This document shows, piece by piece, positions 28,162 through 37,923 of a stretch of DNA of 64,000 nt (positions are counted from its first letter, which is position 1; every line of letters begins with the position of its first letter). The notes under the pieces were generated by a model that worked only from the letters and a program-made list of their open reading frames with translations, was not told the DNA's origin and made no database searches. The stretch is from NCBI GenBank assembly GCA_965213625.1, contig CBDBZU010000004.1, positions 512,001 to 576,000 on the forward strand, in the 5' to 3' direction. Both the position numbers and the translations under genes were made by a program. This stretch comes from a bacterium. Its GTDB lineage: Bacteria > UBA8248.

Positions 28162-28205
28162 ACCAAAATTCAGCGCAGAAGACGCCGCGCCGGGAGACTC
28201 GCGAT

Positions 28206-29258
28206 ATGGACGCCCTGGAACTTGCCCAGAGAAATCGCGAAATCCTGCGCGCCATCATCAATATTTTCGTGGATACTGGCGAACCCGTGGGGAGCCGCAC
28301 GCTCTCGAAGCATTCGGACCTCGCCCTGAGCCCCGCCACCATCCGCAACATCATGAGCGATCTGGCCGACGCGGGCTTCCTCACCAAGCCCCACATCTCC
28401 TCCGGCAGGCTCCCCACCGACTTGGGCTACCGCATCTTCGTCGACGACCTGATGGGCTCGCATACCCTCACAAGCGAGGAGCAGGAATCCATGCGCCTGG
28501 GCGCTTCGGCGCAGGCCGCTCAAATCGAACAGGTGCTTGCGCAGGCCACGCGCGTGCTCTCGGAACTCACCAACACGGCGGGGCTCGTGCTCCTGCCGGC
28601 GGGGGAGCAGCTCCACTTCAAGCACATCAACTTCGTGAAGATGTCGGAAGAAAAAACACTGGCCGTCATCGTCTCGATGAGCGGGGTGGTGCAAAACCGC
28701 GTCATCCCGACCGAGGCCCCCGTCAGCCAAGACGAGTTGAACAGGATATCCAATCTGCTGAACGATGAGTTCAGCGGCCTCGCTCTTAAAGAAGTGCGCG
28801 AGAAGATCATCCAGAAGATGGCCCTTGCGCGGGACAACCTCGACACCCTCTATCAGCAGGCCCTCAAGCTCAGCAACGATGCGCTCTCGGAGAACGAAGC
28901 CGTGCAGGAATCCCTCTTCGTGGAAGGGGCCTCGCGCGTGTTCTCACAGCCGGACTTCGCCACCAACGCCGAGAAACTCCAGACCCTCTACCGCACGTTC
29001 GAGGAGCGGGAAAAACTCGTGCGCCTGCTGGACAAGTGCCTCGGCTCCGAAGACATCACCATTCTCATCGGTTCGGAGAACGATTTCGAGGAGATGAAGG
29101 ATTGCAGCGTCGTCGCCCAGCGATACTATATGGACGACCGTCCGCTGGGCAGCATCGGCATCATCGGCCCCAAGCGAATGCGCTACGATCGCGCCGTCTC
29201 ACTCGTGGAATGGACGGCGGATTCGGTATCGAAATTCCTCTCCTCTGGAAAGCAATAG
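28206..29258 (+). CDS. hrcA: Heat-inducible transcription repressor
   Basis: [47 protein letters not shown]. Confidence 0.96.
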   Translation: MDALELAQRNREILRAIINIFVDTGEPVGSRTLSKHSDLALSPATIRNIMSDLADAGFLTKPHISSGRLPTDLGYRIFVDDLMGSHTLTSEEQESMRLGASAQAAQIEQVLAQATRVLSELTNTAGLVLLPAGEQLHFKHINFVKMSEEKTLAVIVSMSGVVQNRVIPTEAPVSQDELNRISNLLNDEFSGLALKEVREKIIQKMALARDNLDTLYQQALKLSNDALSENEAVQESLFVEGASRVFSQPDFATNAEKLQTLYRTFEEREKLVRLLDKCLGSEDITILIGSENDFEEMKDCSVVAQRYYMDDRPLGSIGIIGPKRMRYDRAVSLVEWTADSVSKFLSSGKQ

Positions 29259-29307
29259 GCGAAACTGCGCTTTCATCCCCAGTTTCCCCGGCGGAGGTCA
29301 TGATTCC

Positions 29308-30393
29308 TTGAACATCGCCGACGCCCTCAAGATTCTGGGATTAGAGAAAAACGCCTCATCCTCCCAACTCAAAAGCGCCTACAAGAAACTGGCCTTGCAA
29401 TTCCATCCGGACAGAAACCCGGGCGACCCGGAGGCGGAAAATCGCTTCAAGCAGGTCGTCATCGCCCACGAAACCCTCCAGAACCCGAAACGCCCGGACT
29501 CCCGAGGGGCGCCTCGCGCGCGGAGTTCCACTCGTAAAAGAGGCGAGTACGAGGAAAAATGGGAAGACATCTTCTCTCATATCTTCAAGAACGCGCGCGG
29601 ACCAGCGGATGAGAAAAAAGTCGCGTCTCGGGACTTGCATGCCCACGTCGAGGTGACGCTCGAGGAATTGACGCGAGACACCGATAAAGAAATCGCCTTA
29701 TCACGCCGCGCTCGCTGCGCCTCATGCGAGGGGCGCGGAGCCGAGGCGGGCGCGCGGATGAGCGCCTGCCCGGCGTGCAAGGGCGCGGGCGAGGTGCGCT
29801 ACAAACAGGGCCTCGCCGAGTTGCGCATTCCCTGCTCCGCTTGTGACGGCAGCGGAGAGCACACGGGTCTTGCGTGTCGGGATTGCGGGGGAGAGGGCGT
29901 CACGAGCAGGCGGGAGAGCTTGAGTGTGGCGATTCCTGCAGCGACCAAAGAGGGCGCTCAGATCAAGATCAGGGGCAAGGGCGATGAGAACGCGCGCACC
30001 GGCGAGGCGGGAGACCTCATCGTCACGGTGCGCGCGAAACCCCATCCCATATTCCGAAGGGAGGGCAACGACATTCTCTTCGACCTGCCTGTGAGCATCT
30101 CCCAGGCCGCCCTCGGCCACGAAGCCCCCGTACCCAAGCTGAAGGGCGCGCGGCGGATCAAGATTCCCGCGGGAACCCAGTCGGGCCGGGTCTTTCGCCT
30201 GAGGGGAGAGGGCCTCTCACCCGCGGGGGGACGGGGGGCGGGCGATCTCCAGATCCGCGTGATCATCGAAACGCCCACCAAGCTGAGCGATCGCCAGCGC
30301 GAAATTCTCGATGAGTTGCAGCGTATCTCCTCGCCGTCCACGCACCCGCGAACCCGGACGTTTCTCGATAAAATGAAATCTCTTCTCGAATGA
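29308..30393 (+). CDS. dnaJ: DnaJ-class chaperone
   Basis: J domain with HPD, four CxxCxGxG repeats, C-terminal IPAGTQSG. Confidence 0.9.
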   Translation: MNIADALKILGLEKNASSSQLKSAYKKLALQFHPDRNPGDPEAENRFKQVVIAHETLQNPKRPDSRGAPRARSSTRKRGEYEEKWEDIFSHIFKNARGPADEKKVASRDLHAHVEVTLEELTRDTDKEIALSRRARCASCEGRGAEAGARMSACPACKGAGEVRYKQGLAELRIPCSACDGSGEHTGLACRDCGGEGVTSRRESLSVAIPAATKEGAQIKIRGKGDENARTGEAGDLIVTVRAKPHPIFRREGNDILFDLPVSISQAALGHEAPVPKLKGARRIKIPAGTQSGRVFRLRGEGLSPAGGRGAGDLQIRVIIETPTKLSDRQREILDELQRISSPSTHPRTRTFLDKMKSLLE

Positions 30394-30501
30394 GGTGGCT
30401 CTGGACGCCTTGTTGCGCCCGGAATTTCCTGCTACATAACTTTTCCGAAAACAAACACCAGCCGATACTTCCACGTACAACAGACACAGGAGCATCCAAC
30501 A

Positions 30502-31587
30502 TTGTCCAATCAAGCGCACATCGATGAGTTCATCGAAAAAACACAAGCACTGAACGGCCGGCCCGTGCGCGAGCGCGAGGCATGGAACAACGAGGCTAGC
30601 GCCGACGCCATCCGCCATTTCGCATACGGCATCGACGACGATAACCCGCTTTGGCTGGACGCCGGATACGCATCCGGAACGTCGCACGGAAACATCATGG
30701 CGCCGCCCGCGTTTCTGGTGTCGGTCCTCTACCCGATCCTCCACGGAGCGCCCATGGAGGCGCCACTCTCCTCCTTGATCGGCGGTGTGGAATTCGAGTG
30801 GGAAAAACCCATCCCCCAAGGAACCAGACTGCGCGCCGAGTCCATCCAGAAGGATTCCTTCGTCAAGACGAACAAGGCGGGCCGCCAGCTCATCTTCATC
30901 ATTTCGGAGTGCACCTACTGGAACGAGGATGATGAGGTCGTCGCCAGGGGCATCGGCACGATGATCCGCACCTTGCAGGAGGGAAACGCGCTCCTCTACG
31001 AGCGACCCGTCAAGAAGTACGACGAGGCGGAATTTTCGGAAATCGAAAACGCCTATCAAGCGGAAGAAAGACAGGGCGGCGAGAAGCGCCGTTTCGCGGA
31101 CGTATCCGTCGGGGATGAACTCCCGTCCATGCTCCGCGGCCCCCTCACCATCGGTGACATGGTCGCCTGGAACGCGGGCAACGGCCCATCCTACAAGGCG
31201 GGCAGGCGCGGATATCTCGACCTCAAGAAAGCGCCCCACAACGCCGTCCTGATCCCCCAGATCGGGATCAAGGTCAAAAACTCCCAGCAGCACGAGGACT
31301 TCAACCTCGCCTCGGGGCGCGGGATGCCCGGACCGTTCGACAACGGCGTCATGCGCTTCGCCTGGGTGAGCCCGTTCATCACGAACTGGATGGGGGACGA
31401 CGCGTTCTTGAAGAACCTCTACGTCCAGGTGCGCCGCCCCATGATCTACGGCGACACCATCTGGCACAAGGGCAAGGTGGTCGAGAAGAACGACGCCGAG
31501 CGCACCGTGAAGATCGAGATCACCGGAACGAACCAGGAAGGCGAGCTGGCGACGGCGGGCTCGGCCGTGGTTCGGCTGCCGGAGTAA
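30502..31587 (+). CDS. MaoC/FAS1-like double hot-dog acyl dehydratase
   Basis: AIRHFAYGIDDDNPLW, APPAF, GGVEFEW; second half FADVSVGDEL…SQQHED…GMPGPFDNG. Confidence 0.8.
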   Translation: MSNQAHIDEFIEKTQALNGRPVREREAWNNEASADAIRHFAYGIDDDNPLWLDAGYASGTSHGNIMAPPAFLVSVLYPILHGAPMEAPLSSLIGGVEFEWEKPIPQGTRLRAESIQKDSFVKTNKAGRQLIFIISECTYWNEDDEVVARGIGTMIRTLQEGNALLYERPVKKYDEAEFSEIENAYQAEERQGGEKRRFADVSVGDELPSMLRGPLTIGDMVAWNAGNGPSYKAGRRGYLDLKKAPHNAVLIPQIGIKVKNSQQHEDFNLASGRGMPGPFDNGVMRFAWVSPFITNWMGDDAFLKNLYVQVRRPMIYGDTIWHKGKVVEKNDAERTVKIEITGTNQEGELATAGSAVVRLPE

Positions 31588-31600
31588 AACGCGAGAGCCT

Positions 31601-32479
31601 GTGACGAAAAAATGGCTCGAACTCATCATCGAGATTCGTGAGGCTCTGGCCGAAGATGCCGCCGCCCGCATGTTCGAGGCGGGCGCATCCGCTGTGGAGC
31701 AGCGAGAAGGTGCTGTGGGCGCATCGCTGCTCATCACACACATCGCGTTTGAGGACGGCGCGACCAGAAAACTCCGCGCGATAGAGGCGCTCCTCTCCAC
31801 CATGGGCGTCGAGAAGAGCGCCATCACCCTCAGGAACATCGAGGATCAGGACTGGATCGCCCAGTCGCGCGGTCACTTCAAGGGCGAAGCCTACGGCGAG
31901 AAACTCTGGGTGAGGCCCCCCTGGGACGAAGACGAGACGCCCGAGGGGCGCGTCGCTTTGACGCTCGAACCCGGCCTCGCCTTCGGCACCGGCAGACATC
32001 CCTCCACCCGCCTGGTACTGCTCGCGATTGAGAGCCAATGCGGCGGAAAACCTCCCGGGCGCATGGTGGACTTAGGCTGCGGCACCGGGATTCTGGGCGT
32101 CGCAGCCTTACTCTATGGCGCAGAGCACGTCGTCGCGCTCGACCTGGACCCCAAGGCCGTAGAGGAGACCAAAACGCTTGCGGAGCGAAACGGGGTGGGT
32201 GACCGCATGACGACGCGCAACACGACGCTTGCGGCTGGCGTGCTCAAAGACTGGTGGGGCCGGGTCGACTTCATCGCGGCGAACATTTTTCTGGACGCTC
32301 TCAGGGAACTCACGCCGCTCATTCACGGGGCGCTCGCGCCGGGGGGCCGGGCCGTTCTCTCCGGCATCGGCTACGAGCAGGTTGAGACTCTCGCTCGTAT
32401 CTATAAAGAGGCCGGTTTCACCCTCGAGAGAGCGAACCGAATCGAGGAATGGTCCAGCGTCGAGGTGGCGAAGCCATGA
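31601..32479 (+). CDS. prmA: Ribosomal protein L11 methyltransferase
   Basis: EPGLAFGTGRHPST, DLGCGTGIL, ANI, LSGI. Confidence 0.93.
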   Translation: MTKKWLELIIEIREALAEDAAARMFEAGASAVEQREGAVGASLLITHIAFEDGATRKLRAIEALLSTMGVEKSAITLRNIEDQDWIAQSRGHFKGEAYGEKLWVRPPWDEDETPEGRVALTLEPGLAFGTGRHPSTRLVLLAIESQCGGKPPGRMVDLGCGTGILGVAALLYGAEHVVALDLDPKAVEETKTLAERNGVGDRMTTRNTTLAAGVLKDWWGRVDFIAANIFLDALRELTPLIHGALAPGGRAVLSGIGYEQVETLARIYKEAGFTLERANRIEEWSSVEVAKP

Positions 32480-33240
32480 CGCGCGACGGACTGCGGCTTT
32501 TCTACGTTCCGCCTGCGGCGGTTCAGGGCGAGCAGGTCGTCCTGGGGGCGGAGGAATCTGCGCACATCCGCCGCGTCTTGAAGATGCAGGCGGGCGCGAT
32601 CTGCCGCGCCGCGACGGAGGATGGACGCGAATACAAGGTGGAGCTAACGGAAATAACCGCCGGTGAGAGCACCGCTCGAATCATCGAGCGCCTGCCGAAA
32701 AGGCCGCCCTCTCCCACATCAATCGCCTTGGGCGTCCCCCTGCTCAAAGGGGAGCGTTTCGAGTGGGTCCTCCAGAAAGGCTGCGAACTGGGCGCCGATG
32801 CGTTCCATCCACTTGCGCTCGAACGGTGCGAAGTGAGGATTCAGGAAAAAAGAAGCGCCGATCGTCACAACCGCTGGCGTCGCATCGTCCTGGAAGCCGC
32901 CAAGCAGTGCGACCGCGTACCTCCTCCCGTGACGCATCCGCCCGGCGGGCTGGCGGAATATCTTGCAGAGACGGATAGTTTCGACCTCAAGTTGATGGGC
33001 TATCTGGGCGAAGACGCAATCCCCGCCAAAGAGGCGTTATCACGGGTGAGCAGTGCAGCTTCCCCGCTTCGCGTCGCCATCCTCACGGGACCCGAGGGCG
33101 ACCTCACGGAGGAAGAGGCGCAACGAGCGATGGACAGCGGCTTCCTGCCGGTGTCCCTGGGTCCCAGAATCCTGCGCGCAGGCACCGCGCCCGTCTCGCT
33201 CATCACCATCGTGCAGCACGCCCTCGGCGATATGGGCTGA
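32476..33240 (+). CDS. rsmE: 16S rRNA m3U1498 methyltransferase
   Basis: HIRRVLK, QKGCELG, EAAKQC, GPEGDL, LGPRILRAGTA. Confidence 0.93.
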   Translation: MTRDGLRLFYVPPAAVQGEQVVLGAEESAHIRRVLKMQAGAICRAATEDGREYKVELTEITAGESTARIIERLPKRPPSPTSIALGVPLLKGERFEWVLQKGCELGADAFHPLALERCEVRIQEKRSADRHNRWRRIVLEAAKQCDRVPPPVTHPPGGLAEYLAETDSFDLKLMGYLGEDAIPAKEALSRVSSAASPLRVAILTGPEGDLTEEEAQRAMDSGFLPVSLGPRILRAGTAPVSLITIVQHALGDMG

Positions 33241-33316
33241 TGCGCCCTGCTCGATTGACACCTTTTTCACACCGCCTTAGGTTGTGGGCATCACCACTCA
33301 CTAACGGGAACATCCG

Positions 33317-34597
33317 ATGAAGGTCATCATTGTCGGCGGGGGCGGGCGCGAGCATGCCCTCGCCTGGAAACTCAGCCAAAGCCCGGACGTGGAGGAAGTC
33401 GTCTGCGCGCCCGGTAACGCGGGCACGGCCCGTTTCGGGCGAAACGTCGCTGTCGGCGCCGAGGACATCGCGGGCCTCCTCTCGCTGGCGAATGAGGAAA
33501 AGCCGGGCCTGGTCGTCGTCGGTCCCGAAGCCCCCCTGGCCCTGGGGCTTGTGGATGAACTCGAAGCGCTCGGAATCCCGGCGTTCGGGCCATCCGCAGA
33601 GGCCGCCCGCATCGAGGCGAGCAAGGCGTTCTCAAAAGCCCTGATGGATGATGCGGGAATCCCGACCGCCGCCTACGGCGTTTTCGATGACGCCGGAGCG
33701 GCAAAGGATTTCGTGTCGCAGCGCGGCGGCGCATGGGCGGTGAAGGCCGACGGCTTGGCCGCGGGAAAGGGCGTGCTCCTGTGCCCCGATACGGCGAGCG
33801 CGCATGCGGCCATCTCCGAGATCATGGAACACAGAGCGTTCGGCGAGGCGGGCGCCACGTGCGTGGTGGAGGAGTTCCTGGAAGGTGAGGAGGCGAGCTT
33901 TCTCGCGTTTGCGGACGGGGAAACTGCGCTCCCTATGGCATCGGCGCAGGATCACAAGGCCATCGGCGAGGGCGATACCGGCCCCAACACGGGCGGCATG
34001 GGCGCGTATTCGCCTGCGCCCGTGCTCCCGGGCGATTTAGAGGAACACGCGCTCGAAACCGTCATCAAACCCGCCATCCGCGCCATGGCGAGGCGGGGAA
34101 CGCCCTATAAGGGGATTCTCTACGCCGGCCTGATGGTGCAGGGCGATGAGCTGAAAGTCCTGGAATTCAACTGCCGCTTCGGCGACCCCGAATGCCAGCC
34201 GCTGCTCACCCGCATGGAGGGGGATTTGCTGCCCGTCCTGATGGCGTGCATCGAGGGGCGGCTCCATGAGACGGCGATTCGCTATTCGCAAGACGCCGCG
34301 GTCTGCGTCGTCATGGCGGCGGGCGGCTACCCGGACGCCTACCGCAAGGGCGACGCTATCCAGGGAATCGAGGACGCCGACGCCATGCCCGGCGTTCACG
34401 TCTTTCACGCGGGAACAGCCCTGAACGACGAAGGAGAAGTCGTAACCGCCGGTGGCCGCGTGCTCGGCGTCACCGCGAGGGGTATGGACATCCGCACCGC
34501 CATCGCGCGCGCGTACGAGGCGAGCGACCTGATTTACTGGGAAGACGCGTATTTGAGAAAAGACATCGGCGCCAAGGCTTTAAGGCGTTTGGGCTGA
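33317..34597 (+). CDS. purD: Phosphoribosylamine--glycine ligase
   Basis: GGGGREHA, KADGLAAGKGV, QDHK…GPNTGGMGAYSP, EFNCRFGDPE. Confidence 0.97.
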   Translation: MKVIIVGGGGREHALAWKLSQSPDVEEVVCAPGNAGTARFGRNVAVGAEDIAGLLSLANEEKPGLVVVGPEAPLALGLVDELEALGIPAFGPSAEAARIEASKAFSKALMDDAGIPTAAYGVFDDAGAAKDFVSQRGGAWAVKADGLAAGKGVLLCPDTASAHAAISEIMEHRAFGEAGATCVVEEFLEGEEASFLAFADGETALPMASAQDHKAIGEGDTGPNTGGMGAYSPAPVLPGDLEEHALETVIKPAIRAMARRGTPYKGILYAGLMVQGDELKVLEFNCRFGDPECQPLLTRMEGDLLPVLMACIEGRLHETAIRYSQDAAVCVVMAAGGYPDAYRKGDAIQGIEDADAMPGVHVFHAGTALNDEGEVVTAGGRVLGVTARGMDIRTAIARAYEASDLIYWEDAYLRKDIGAKALRRLG

Positions 34598-34618
34598 ATT
34601 CCCGGCTGCCAATCCAGA

Positions 34619-35740
34619 ATGCGCGCCCTCATCATCCTTATAGACGGCGGCGACCCCGCCTATTTCGAGGCCTCCCACACGCCGAACTTGGACAGCATCA
34701 CGAGTGAGGGCGCGCACTTCACCGTGTCGGGACAGATGCCCTCGGTCACCAACGTGAACAACGTCTCGATGATCTGCGGCGCGCCTCCCGCCGCGCACGG
34801 CATCACGGCCAACTATTTCCTGAACGCAGACACGGGCGAAGAAGTCTACATGGAATCGGGAGATTTCGTCCTCTCGCCCACCCTCATGGAAATGGGCCGT
34901 GGTGCGGGGCTTAAGACCGCCGTCCTGGCCTCCAAACAAAAACTCTGCGACATGATCGGCAAGGGGGCGGGCACGGTCGTCACCGCGGAAGACCCGCCCG
35001 GATGGCTCACCCGAAAGGCGGGCGCCAAAGAGGATATCTACAGCGGGGAGGTGAATCTCTGGCTCCTGCGGGCGGCGCGCGCGGTGCTGGAAGCGCAAAA
35101 GCCGGACCTCCTCTACGTCACCACCACGGACTACCTGCAGCACAAATACGGCCCCGGGCACGCGGAAGCGCAGGCACACCACGCCGCGCTCGATGCGGAA
35201 GTCGGACGCCTGGTCGATAGCTGGATACGCACACATGAAGACGGCGCGGTATTCGTGACCGCCGACCACGGTATGCTCGACAAGACGAAGGCACTCGACC
35301 CGGGCGTCATATTGAGAGCACAAGGCGTCGGCGCGGAAGCGGTGCCCATCATCAAAGACCGCTACGTCGTCCACCACGGGAACCAGGGCGGCGCCGCCTA
35401 CGTTCACCTGCAAAACGAGGATTCTCTCGCCGAGGCTGTCGATATCCTCAAAGCCCGCCCTGGCATCGAGGATGCGCTTACGCGGCAAGAGGCCGCCGTG
35501 CGCTTTCAGCTAATGGCCGAGCGGGTGGGCGACATCATGGTGCTGGCGGATTCCGAAACCGTTTTCGGCGTGATGGATGAGGCCGAGCGCGAGGTTCACT
35601 TGAGAAGCCACGGCTCGCTGCACGAGAGCGTCGTGCCGTTATGGGCCTTGAATGCGCCAGATTTCACACCAAGCGATGCGCCCCGCCATTTCGAGTGCGT
35701 TCGCTACGTGATGGGTTTGTTTAAAAAGCTCCGTATATGA
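34619..35740 (+). CDS. Alkaline-phosphatase superfamily, phosphonoacetate hydrolase (PhnA)-like
   Basis: IDGGDP, MPSVTNVNN, YVTTTDYLQHK, TADHGM, LRSHGSLHE. Confidence 0.85.
   Translation: MRALIILIDGGDPAYFEASHTPNLDSITSEGAHFTVSGQMPSVTNVNNVSMICGAPPAAHGITANYFLNADTGEEVYMESGDFVLSPTLMEMGRGAGLKTAVLASKQKLCDMIGKGAGTVVTAEDPPGWLTRKAGAKEDIYSGEVNLWLLRAARAVLEAQKPDLLYVTTTDYLQHKYGPGHAEAQAHHAALDAEVGRLVDSWIRTHEDGAVFVTADHGMLDKTKALDPGVILRAQGVGAEAVPIIKDRYVVHHGNQGGAAYVHLQNEDSLAEAVDILKARPGIEDALTRQEAAVRFQLMAERVGDIMVLADSETVFGVMDEAEREVHLRSHGSLHESVVPLWALNAPDFTPSDAPRHFECVRYVMGLFKKLRI
35546..35714 (+). repeat. 169-bp direct repeat, copy 1 (3' end of the phnA-like gene)
   Basis: Near-identical to 37202-37370. Confidence 0.92.
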
Positions 35741-35806
35741 TCCCTATGGGTTGATTCCAAGCAATGCTGGAGCGATTGCCAACCGAAGAGGGAGGAATTG
35801 ACATCT

Positions 35807-35832
35807 GTAGGGACAGGCTTCCGTGCCTGTCC
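35807..35832 (+). repeat. REP hairpin
   Basis: GTAGGGACAGGCTTCCGTGCCTGTCC. Confidence 0.7.
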
Positions 35833-35876
35833 GACACCCGGGCGGGAATTTAGTCGTAGATTGAGAAATATCAGAA

Positions 35877-36965
35877 TCAAAATTCATTAAAAGCTTTTAG
35901 CAATTTCATCGTTGCGTCGTGATCCAAGGAATCTCCTACATACCGGCATTCGTATAAACCTTGTAAATTCGAAGGCAACTCTATGCCCTTTTCAACTAAT
36001 AAAATCAGATTGCGTCCATACAATGCCATGGCAGCGCCAATTTCAATCAAAACATTCCCATTAAGTCTTGGAACCAAATTTCCTTCCTTGTCATATAAGT
36101 TTTCTTCACGTGCCACATGGATTATCCCTGCTCCACATGTTCTCATATCTTCTAACACTTTTTCTGGTACAGGTATTGATGTTGTTTCATGCTCCTGAGC
36201 AACGATGGGTTCCCTTTGGCCATAGCTGACAATTTCTTTTATTTCCTCTAAGATTTTTGTGTTTGATCCGTGAGTAATGAAAACACGCTTGTTCTTTCCC
36301 TTTTCTTCAATTTCATTTTGTTTTTCTGATTCAGGCTCATTTTGGCTGTTCATAGTGCCTGAAACATCAAGAGTTTCATCATTTTCTTGATCTTCCATAA
36401 AATCAGCATTGTTTTCTGATTGAACTGAACCAAAATTTTCGTTAGAACCCATATTGTTGCCAACAAAATCCTTTATCGCCTCCTCATTGAATTCTATTCT
36501 TGTCTGCGTACCTTTTCGGCCAATTACCATTGAACCTAATTCAGCACCTTGAACAATATGGAAAAAGCAAACTACTTGATCTTTAAGTATCTTATCTTTA
36601 TCGGAAACCTGATCTTTGAAGTGTTCATGCCAATGAGCAGCAATATCCGTAGTATTCATTACATAATTTGCTCTATGGACGGCTCTTTCGATTGTTGAAT
36701 TATACGGTGTTATCCCTCTTATAACTTTTTTCAACACATTTGTAGGGTTGTTGATAAATTCACGCCCCTCTTCCATCAACTTCATTTTACCGTTTTCATC
36801 ATTTATCAAACCCCAAATCTTGTATGCGGAAATTTTGCGACCATCAAGTGTTTTAGAATCTATAACCGACTTAGCTTCTGATAAAGAAGCACCAGTAGGT
36901 TTGGTTGCCAAGTATTGTGTAATTCCATGAACATCCTCAATCGTAGTCCTAATCGGTAGTGCCAT
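35877..36965 (-). CDS. TIR-domain protein (CAP12/Pycsar-effector-type TIR) with uncharacterised N-terminal domain
   Basis: C-terminal RVFITHG…KVLEDMRTC…NGNVLIEIGAAMALYG…LVEKGIELPSNLQGL; markedly AT-rich relative to its flanks. Confidence 0.85.
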   Translation of the reverse strand: MALPIRTTIEDVHGITQYLATKPTGASLSEAKSVIDSKTLDGRKISAYKIWGLINDENGKMKLMEEGREFINNPTNVLKKVIRGITPYNSTIERAVHRANYVMNTTDIAAHWHEHFKDQVSDKDKILKDQVVCFFHIVQGAELGSMVIGRKGTQTRIEFNEEAIKDFVGNNMGSNENFGSVQSENNADFMEDQENDETLDVSGTMNSQNEPESEKQNEIEEKGKNKRVFITHGSNTKILEEIKEIVSYGQREPIVAQEHETTSIPVPEKVLEDMRTCGAGIIHVAREENLYDKEGNLVPRLNGNVLIEIGAAMALYGRNLILLVEKGIELPSNLQGLYECRYVGDSLDHDATMKLLKAFNEF

Positions 36966-37201
36966 TTCATTTTCTCCTAATCACTAAGAAAAATGCCTCG
37001 AAATATGAACCACCATCACGGCGGAAAAATACAATCCTTGAATTGATTTGTCAATACCTCTATATATATATGAGGGTATTTATAAATAATGAATCCATAA
37101 CTAACTATTATTCAATATGTTATATAGTATAAAATGGACATATAAATACTCTTTACAATATCAAGATGTCTGCATTGAGCGCACGGTCGGTATCATGCGC
37201 T

Positions 37202-37381
37202 GCCGATTCGAAAACCGTTTTCGGCGTGATGGACGAGGCCGAGCGCGAGGTTCACTTGAGAAGTCACGGCTCAGTCCACGAAAGCGTCGTGCCGTTATGG
37301 GCCTTGAATGCACCAGATTTCACACCAAGCAATGCGCCCCGCCATTTCGAGTGCGTTCGCTACGTGATGGACAGATTGTAA
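37202..37381 (+). pseudogene. Duplicated 3' end of the phnA-like gene (direct repeat copy 2)
   Basis: Encodes …VFGVMDEAEREVHLRSHGSVHESVVPLWALNAPDF…RYVMDRL*. Confidence 0.88.
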
Positions 37382-37406
37382 TAGGGGATGGAATCGCGGT
37401 CGCTCT

Positions 37407-37790
37407 TCAGGGATTACGCTTCACCCACGGAAATTTCTCGTCGATTCCCGGCCAGATTTCCCGGATGGAGAAAAAACATATCGCTATCCAGATGGCGAGG
37501 CCCATGTCGAAACCCTCGAGCACCCGCACCATCCAGATAAAATCGAACACGCCCAGCACCAGGGCAGCGAGATAACAGCACCACGTAAGCCCCCGCAGAG
37601 TCGCCAGTCCGAAAAGACCCAGGGCCACCCCTCCGGCCAGCGTCGCCCAGCCGTAACCCACCCTGCCCGGCTGGTTCGTGTACATCGCCGACACGGTGAA
37701 GATGACGAGCAGCACGCCTACCAGCAGCGTGGTCTTCGCCGCGCGATTCGCGCTGAACGTTCTTTCCTCGGGAACGGGAGGTTCATTCAT
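37407..37790 (-). CDS. Hypothetical 4-TM membrane protein
   Basis: 127-aa hydrophobic ORF with host-like codon usage. Confidence 0.65.
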   Translation of the reverse strand: MNEPPVPEERTFSANRAAKTTLLVGVLLVIFTVSAMYTNQPGRVGYGWATLAGGVALGLFGLATLRGLTWCCYLAALVLGVFDFIWMVRVLEGFDMGLAIWIAICFFSIREIWPGIDEKFPWVKRNP

Positions 37791-37923
37791 CTTGCTTTCG
37801 CTTCCTGTTGTTTGATGCCGACCGACCGAGGGTACGTCATCCGCCCCTCGTTGCCTAGCCGCTCGCCTATGTGCTGTAATCGAGCCTTCGAAATTTCATT
37901 CTATATTACGAGGAGGACGCCCC

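Noticed and set aside
28048-28205. Longest-ORF starts for the histidine kinase (28166) and hrcA (28155)
   Set aside because: They overlap the sigma70 promoter and CIRCE element; downstream starts are more plausible.
30217-31839. 540-aa minus-strand ORF
   Set aside because: Antisense to dnaJ, the MaoC-like gene and prmA, with no recognisable domain.
16727-36965. CBASS/Pycsar/Thoeris operon built from the patatin and TIR genes
   Set aside because: The genes are ~18 kb apart and no CD-NTase, PycC or ThsA partner is visible.
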